Origin: the human T2T-CHM13v2.0 reference genome, Homo sapiens | Direction: 5' to 3' (one strand) | Assembly: GCF_009914755.1 (NCBI RefSeq) | Contig: NC_060927.1 | Length of the DNA stretch: 64,000 nucleotides | In this document: piece by piece, positions 56,966-64,000 of the stretch | How positions within the stretch are numbered: position 1 is the first letter of the stretch | How the letters are laid out: the number at the start of each line of letters is the position of its first letter | Notes under the pieces: generated by a model | The model's database searches: none | What the model was told of the DNA's origin: nothing | Seen by the model: the letters and a program-made list of their open reading frames with translations, nothing else | Program-made: the position numbers and the translations under genes

Positions 56966-57574
56966 TATACCTCAGGGCCACAGCATTCCAGCACCATCTC
57001 CTCTAATTAGAATATTTCATTTTATTGCTTTTACATTTTATCAGCATTGTTAGGAGAAAAACATACTTTCTTTAGAAGCACAGCGGAGTCCTCTCTCTTT
57101 CACTCATGCTTTTCCTAGAGTGGGTATGATACTTCTTCATTAGTTTGAATTAAGGGACTTGGTGTGGGCATCTCTGACTCTCCCTCCATTTCCTCCTTAG
57201 GATCCGACCTTCCCTCAGAGAGGTTATCTTATGGCCACTGGTATAATGGCACCCAGTTTACAATGAATGATAAGCTTTGTGTGTGGAGTACCTGTGATTT
57301 CTGCAGTAATTGGGGCAGAGAGGGCTGAGAGTAAATCAGTGTAATTTGATGTGTCCACTTTTGTTACATGTGTAAGTCGTATTTTCCAATGTAGTTCTAT
57401 TGATAATAAAGCTGATACCTTGATATTTGTCTACCACTTGATTGTCTTTCTTAATTGGCTCAAAGTTCTTGTGGAATAGTGAGGTCCTAATTATTAAGCA
57501 CACTCAAAAATCACATAAAAATCACTCTAACCTAGCAAGAGTTTCTTTAAATAGATTTTGAAATGAATAAATTC

Positions 57575-57968
57575 TGTGCAGAATGCTTATAAATGAGTTT
57601 TGTCAGGTGATATGCCTTTATAGGAAGTGAAAAGAGGAGGATTGAGTCGAGTGGCATGGACTTCCAGTGTAATTGTAGCTGAGGCCTCAGCCAATCCTGA
57701 AGGCTCTCTGGAGCTGCGGTGTGTCTTAGAGTTGTCTCACATTGAGACACAGGATGGCACATTTTATACTTGAGTTAGAAGTCAGTCATGGGCACTGACT
57801 GCCGCCTGGAAATGAACATACTTGTATAAAGTAGTTCCTGTGGCTGAAGACAGTGCCCAATGAAAAACCTAACTGTGAGAAATTAGAAAATGATATTCAT
57901 AAGAATTGCAAAATGGTTGGGTTGGCAGAGAAAAGGGGAAGTGAGTGAACCATCAGAGAATCCACTAG
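57575..57968 (-). mobile_element. LTR16(C)-like ERVL LTR
   Basis: gaggcctcagccaatcctgaaggctctctggagctg...cttagagttgtctcacattgag. Confidence 0.7.
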
Positions 57969-58879
57969 GACTTTGAACCATGTTGCTCTGATTCATAATT
58001 TAATATTAATTTTATCACTCTTACTTTCCACCTGAAAATTTGACTGACATATATTTGCCTATTTACATTTTTTTGACTTTCTTTGTCATCACGACTTTTA
58101 TAAAAAGACTACAATGTACCTTTTGGATACGTATTTTATTGACATTTTACTTAAGCATATATAGAAAACTGCACTATGCACAAATTTACATCTATTATAT
58201 ATAATAATATATTGGTCTGTCACAAGCTTCTTCATCTGTAACATTTTAAAAGTTCTCTTCCATTTTCCCTAAACTTTCAGGCTCACAACTCTACTATAAG
58301 CCACACTTACCAACAGTATATTCAGAAGTATATTAGCAGGAAACAACAAACAAAAAAAGAAACCAATATATATATGTATTATGTATAATAATATATAATA
58401 GATGTAATCTTATATCTCTTATATATTATATATAACCAATAACCCAAAGTTACTTAAAAAAACACAGTGATACAGAAACTCTCTCAGTCCTAATCCCATA
58501 TTTTCTTAGCTTTTAAAACTATCGATTAATTCTTCCTTTTTTAATATACATTAAATCATATGGTCTTATAGTAGCCATATTGTTTTGGTTTTTATATATC
58601 TCTATCCTTGAGTAAGTATTACACGACAAACAACTATATATTTATAATAATTACCACATGTATCTTGTGTAAATTATTCAGTTTTAAAATTTTTTAGTAT
58701 TGTTAGGTATTCTTGCTTTGTTATATTAACAAATAGTTACCATTACTCACACCAAGATGAAATTGTCTTCTTTAGGCAGATTCAAGCTTTCTTCTTCTTT
58801 TTCTTCTTCTTCCTCTAATTATTATTATTGTTAATTTTATTATTACTAAGAGGAGAAGGAAAAGTAGGAGTATTCAGTG

Positions 58880-60410
58880 TGAAAATCTTAGTCTTTAAAT
58901 TGGAATATTTGCTTAATTTAGAGTTCATGTGATTGTTGACACAATTAGGTTCATCTTCACAATATTGCTGCTTCTGCTCTATTTGATCTATGGTCCTTTT
59001 ATTATTATTTCTCTGAGTTTTTGCCTTCTTTATAATTATTTGGATTCTTTTATTTATCTATTTTTCTTTCAATTAAGCTGTATGATTTTCATCATTCTAT
59101 CATTTTTTCATGGTTACATTACAGATTACAAATAGTATCCTTCGATTATTAAATACTAATTATGACTTTACCATTCTAGAATTTTAGAACATTTAAACCT
59201 ATGTAGCAGTTTTTAATTTATTTCTTCCTCTTACATTTTCTGTTTTATATGTATTTTTATTTCATAAGTTATTTTTATTTTCATGAAGTGACATGCTATT
59301 TATAAGAATACAATGCATATCATTAGGTATTTATATTTCATCTCAAGATCTTCTCATTCTATATGAAATTTATCAGTGATATGTTATGAGCAATGTTACT
59401 TATTTATATTTTAATACATATCACGTTATTATTTTACCAGGAAAACAGATAATATAGCCAAAGACTGGCTTTTCATATGGAAGTGGAAAGGGCTATAGCA
59501 TTTTAATCTGAAGCAGAATTCGATAAATATTTTTTTTTCTGGGGATTGCTTTATATATTTTAAACTGCGATGAAACTGGTACTGTTAATGAGTAGTATAG
59601 CTAATGTTTAATTATTTCACATTGTTTTAGTATTTAGCCTATCAATATATTCAATATATATATTTTTTGTTTTCTAAGTTTTTGCTGTATTGTTCATGCT
59701 TTTCTTTTTTTCTCTCTCTATTTAATGAATGGTAGTTACCAATCAATTATCATTATTTTTGTGGTTCTTATTTTTAAAAATGCAACTCGTGTTATACGTT
59801 TGTCAATATCCATATTATTTTTTATAATATAATGTTTAATATAAACATTTAAAACTGTTACATATACAACTATGAACTACATAAAACTAAAAACCATAGA
59901 TTATAAAGCATTAAAAATTCTAAATCTTGTCAAGGCATTGGCATAGCTACATGCTAAAAAGTTTTTATAGGTCATATTTTTATTATATTAAGTTTAATAC
60001 ATTTTCTAATTTTCTTTATAATTTTTTCTTTGACTCATAGATTATTTAAAAGTGTATTGCTTATATTGAAATAGCTGGACATTTTTAAGCCAAGATTTTG
60101 TCATAGATTTTAGCATCTACTGAAAGAAGAAATATACTTTGTATTATTTCCATTTCAGATATTTGATGAGTTTGGCTTTATGGTCCATCATATGATTATT
60201 TTTTATAATGAATCCATAGGCAATTAAAAAGGGAAATATTGTGCAGTTATTAAAGTGATCAATTCATGTCATTTATGTCAATATTTTTAATCATACTGTT
60301 CAAAACATCTATATTCTGACTAATTCTATTTTTTGTCTTTTTGTTATCAGTCATTAAAATAGTTTTTTTTAAATCAACTATAATTTTAACTTTGCCATTT
60401 TTCCTTTTTA
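58880..60410 (-). mobile_element. Ancient L1M fragments (antisense)
   Basis: T-rich; tctttgactcatagattatttaaaagtgtattg; actgttcaaaacatctatattctgactaatt; ttaaatcaactataattt. Confidence 0.55.
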
Positions 60411-60716
60411 TTCTCCAGGAAAGCTGAAACAGAACAGTGACTATTGAAGGAGGAGAAAAATTCCTAGCACAGAAACAAAAAAAGCTGCAACACACCTTGA
60501 GTTTATTATGAGAGTTTGCCTGTCCAATGCATTCTCCAAATAGAAAGGGAAGAAATAGCAGCTCAAGTTAAATTTGGAAGATTAAAAAAAAATACATTGT
60601 ACTAAATATGTTAATTATTAAACTAAAAGAGTTTTGTGGCTTTTTTTTCTAACTAGAAATGACGAAACAACTTTTTATTTCATAACAGTTACAAAAAATT
60701 CATGGATCATGCTCTA

Positions 60717-60901
60717 TTTTTTTCTTTTCTTTTTTTTTTTTTTTTTTTTTTAGACGGAGTCTTGCTCTGTCGCCCAGGCTGGAGTGCAGTGGCGGGATCT
60801 CGGTTCACTGCAAGCTCCGCCTCCCAGGTTCACGCCATTCTGCTGCCTCATCCTCCTGAGTAGCTGCGACTACAGGCACCCGCCACCACGCACGGCTATT
60901 T

Positions 60902-60932
<31 letters not shown>

Positions 60933-61060
60933 TTTGTATTTTTAGTAGAGACAGGGTTTCACCGTGTTAGCCAGGATGATCTCGATCTCCTGACCGCGTG
61001 ATCTGCCTACCTCCGCCTCTCAAAGTTCTGGGATTACAGGCGTGAGCCACCGCGCCTGGC
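60717..61060 (-). mobile_element. AluY with (TTTA)n expansion in the linker
   Basis: cactgcaagctccgcc, ttcacgccattc, accgtgttagccaggatg; TSD gatcatgctcta / gaccacgctcta. Confidence 0.95.
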
Positions 61061-61377
61061 AAGACCACGCTCTAATTTTATCATAAAGTAAGGAATAATT
61101 AGCATCCTAGAAAATCGTAGTCTTGTACATGTAGTGGAAGTTAAGCAATAAAGTTAATCAACATTTTTTATATAGTTATCACTTAGTTAAATCTGATACA
61201 CAACTCCATATTCATCTTATTTGAGCTTTCATGGCATTGACTGCATTGACAATTTTGTTTTAGATTACAAAATACCACACTGTCTTGATTTTTCTCTTAT
61301 AATTCTGGCCAGATTTATTTTTATTCTTTTATTTGAATAAGATATTCAATTTTCTATAGATTTTATAATTTCTATTA

Positions 61378-61716
<339 letters not shown>

Positions 61717-63382
61717 CTACTTTGCTAAAAATGTGTCAGTCTGGCTTCTTTTAAAATTTCTATTAGCTTGGGTGAAACAATTGTTTTATCCTTATGTACT
61801 TACGTATGATTATTTTTATTTATATTTCATGGAGTTGACACATCTTAATTTGTATTGATTCTTTACTGAAATATTCTTGAGGCTAATAATACTGTTTTCT
61901 TTAGGGTTGTAATTTCTGTGCCTAGAATGCATCTTGCAGAAAATAAATATCCATTAAATATTTCATGAAACATTTTTTAGTGACAGTGTGATGAAGTTTC
62001 TTAAAGTTAGGTACTGGATTGTACTCTATGCATCTATATTTTTCCTCTGGTCAGTACTGACTTATGGTGGTATAGAACATCATATGTATGCTGATTTTTC
62101 TTGTAACTGAAAACTTTTTAAATATCATAACTGGAACTGATCATCTTAAATTTAAAATTGTATTATAGGCTTTTATCAAACCCACTGGACTCAGTACCTT
62201 GTAATGTAGAAGAAAACTCATTATGGATACTCAGGAAACACTCATAATTGCATAGTACCAAGGCAATTGCACATGGGAAATATCTAGTCATTAATAAATA
62301 TCCTATGAACATTGTAGCAAGTTATGCTGTTGGCCACATATGTAAATGAACCATAAACTCAAATATAATGCAGGTGATTTCAGTATTTTATTAAAATTTG
62401 AATGATGTTAAATTCTATTTTACATATTCTAATTCTAATTTAAAATCCATGGCTAATTTAATTTTGAGTTTAATTCTAATTTAAAAATTCTAATTATAAT
62501 TTGAATTCTAATTGTAATTGTAAATCAATTTTGATTTAAATATTGTTAATCTACTTCAACTTTTTTGACTACTTTTATCTATTTTTCCAATTATACCTAT
62601 ATTAGATTTTTTGTCTCCTTTTAGTTATCATTGTTTTCATTTTCTTTAAAATCCAAAAAAAGTTCTTGAGCTAATTGACTAAATTTTCAAAACAGTTTTC
62701 TCCTTTATTACATAGATTGTCTTGTTTTTTTACTTAAAAGTTTTACTACTGAATGTAGTCTTTCATCATTTTGGAGAGTTGTTTTTTCTGAAATATTTGG
62801 GCCCTCTCAAGTTTCAATAAAATATGGCTTATAAATGTTTGAAAGTATAGTTTCTTACTACAGTACAAATCTGTTTTTCTGGGTGACAGTAATTCATATA
62901 TTTTCAAAATGATTCCCCACCTTTTAAGATTAATCTTTTAATAAGTATATCTGCTGTTTCCCTCTCTCCTTTTTCTTCTGACCTTGAAAGAGAACAAAGT
63001 TCTATTATTGGTATTGGGAATTTTCAGAAAAAATGTGAAATTCTCCTTAAATGTTTTATTTCTAAAGAATAAGGTAAAGTTTTTACTTTCTACAAAATTG
63101 TACTTTGCTAGATCATAGGATGCTTGGCTCTAGATTTATGCAATGAACTATGAAAAGAAAAATAGTTATTGTTTTTGTGGACATCCAAGTTGTTGAAGAC
63201 ACTACTTATCCCTTCAAATGAGAGGGAACGGTTGAGGTTTATTTTCTACATCTGATTTTTTTTTTCCTTTCATTTCTTGCTTCTGGCTTTTTTGAATGCT
63301 TGTTCTACCCAAGTAAAACCTACTGAAAAAGGAATAATTCTGCAAAGTATATTAGGGCAATATACTTTGCTGAGCAGTGTGT

Positions 63383-63416
63383 TTTTGTTTGTTTGTTTGT
63401 TTGTTTGTTTGTTTTT
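63383..63416 (+). repeat. (TTTG)n microsatellite
   Basis: tttgtttgtttgtttgtttgtttgtttg. Confidence 0.9.
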
Positions 63417-64000
63417 CGGTGTGTGATTGTGATGACTTACATTTAACTGTGGTTTCATACTCTTCTCTATGCTCACACCTTAGGAGATTAGGATAATAAT
63501 TTTTTGTATAGTATGCTATTACTTAGCATATTATACAAAATAAAGGAAAGCTGGGGATAAATAATCTTGCAAAAGATACTTCTGCAGAGCACTAATAGAG
63601 CAACTGAAGTTTATTCTAGTTTTCCCTGCTCGTGATCTCTGCTTTCACTCCATATACCCTCTGCTTGGTAGTACAGTGGTATTCTTGACCCTGCTAGAAA
63701 AACCCTTTACAGATAAATAATTCATTTATTTCCGTTAGATGACTAACAATAAGTAGTTAGCTTCAAATTTGTTCAGACTTTCTAATGCTTAACCATTGTT
63801 CATAACTATCCAGTTTCACAATATTATTATTTTATAATGGTTTGACTATGGCCACATTATTTTGTAGGGGAAAACTTTAATAAGTGAGCTACTTCTCTCT
63901 TTAGGTCACTGTTTTACATGATCATAAAATTTAATATTGACATTAAGAAAAGTAGGCTACTTATTTTGCAAATTAATTGATGCAGTTTCTTCATAGCGTC

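Overview
This is AT-rich, CpG-poor primate genomic DNA of gene-desert or deep-intron type. An L1PA2-type copy and AluY copies point to a human or great-ape source. I see no supportable protein-coding gene, RNA gene, CpG island or CRISPR array. The ORFs in the track are L1 ORF2 fragments, L1 3'UTR/Alu/LTR read-throughs, one ERV env remnant, or chance ORFs. Transposable elements dominate. There are five young L1PA insertions, two with 5' inversions and one of those with a probable 13-nt 3' transduction. Older elements include L1M fragments, six Alus, MaLR/ERVL LTRs, hAT-Charlie MITEs (MER58, MER1B), MIR and L2. A MER57A-type provirus keeps both LTRs, a tRNA-Leu PBS, pol/env remnants and a doubled PPT, and an LTR14B-like solo LTR is nested in an MLT2. 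The most unusual structures are local rearrangements: a ~280-bp duplication flanking a ~1.2-kb insert with junction microhomology, two more dispersed direct duplications, an interleaved ORF1/ORF2 L1, a perfect 22-bp inverted repeat, and closely spaced inverted L1 and Alu pairs. I found no evidence for a new biological system. Subfamily names come from recalled consensus sequences and need RepeatMasker/Dfam confirmation; boundaries of old repeats are approximate.
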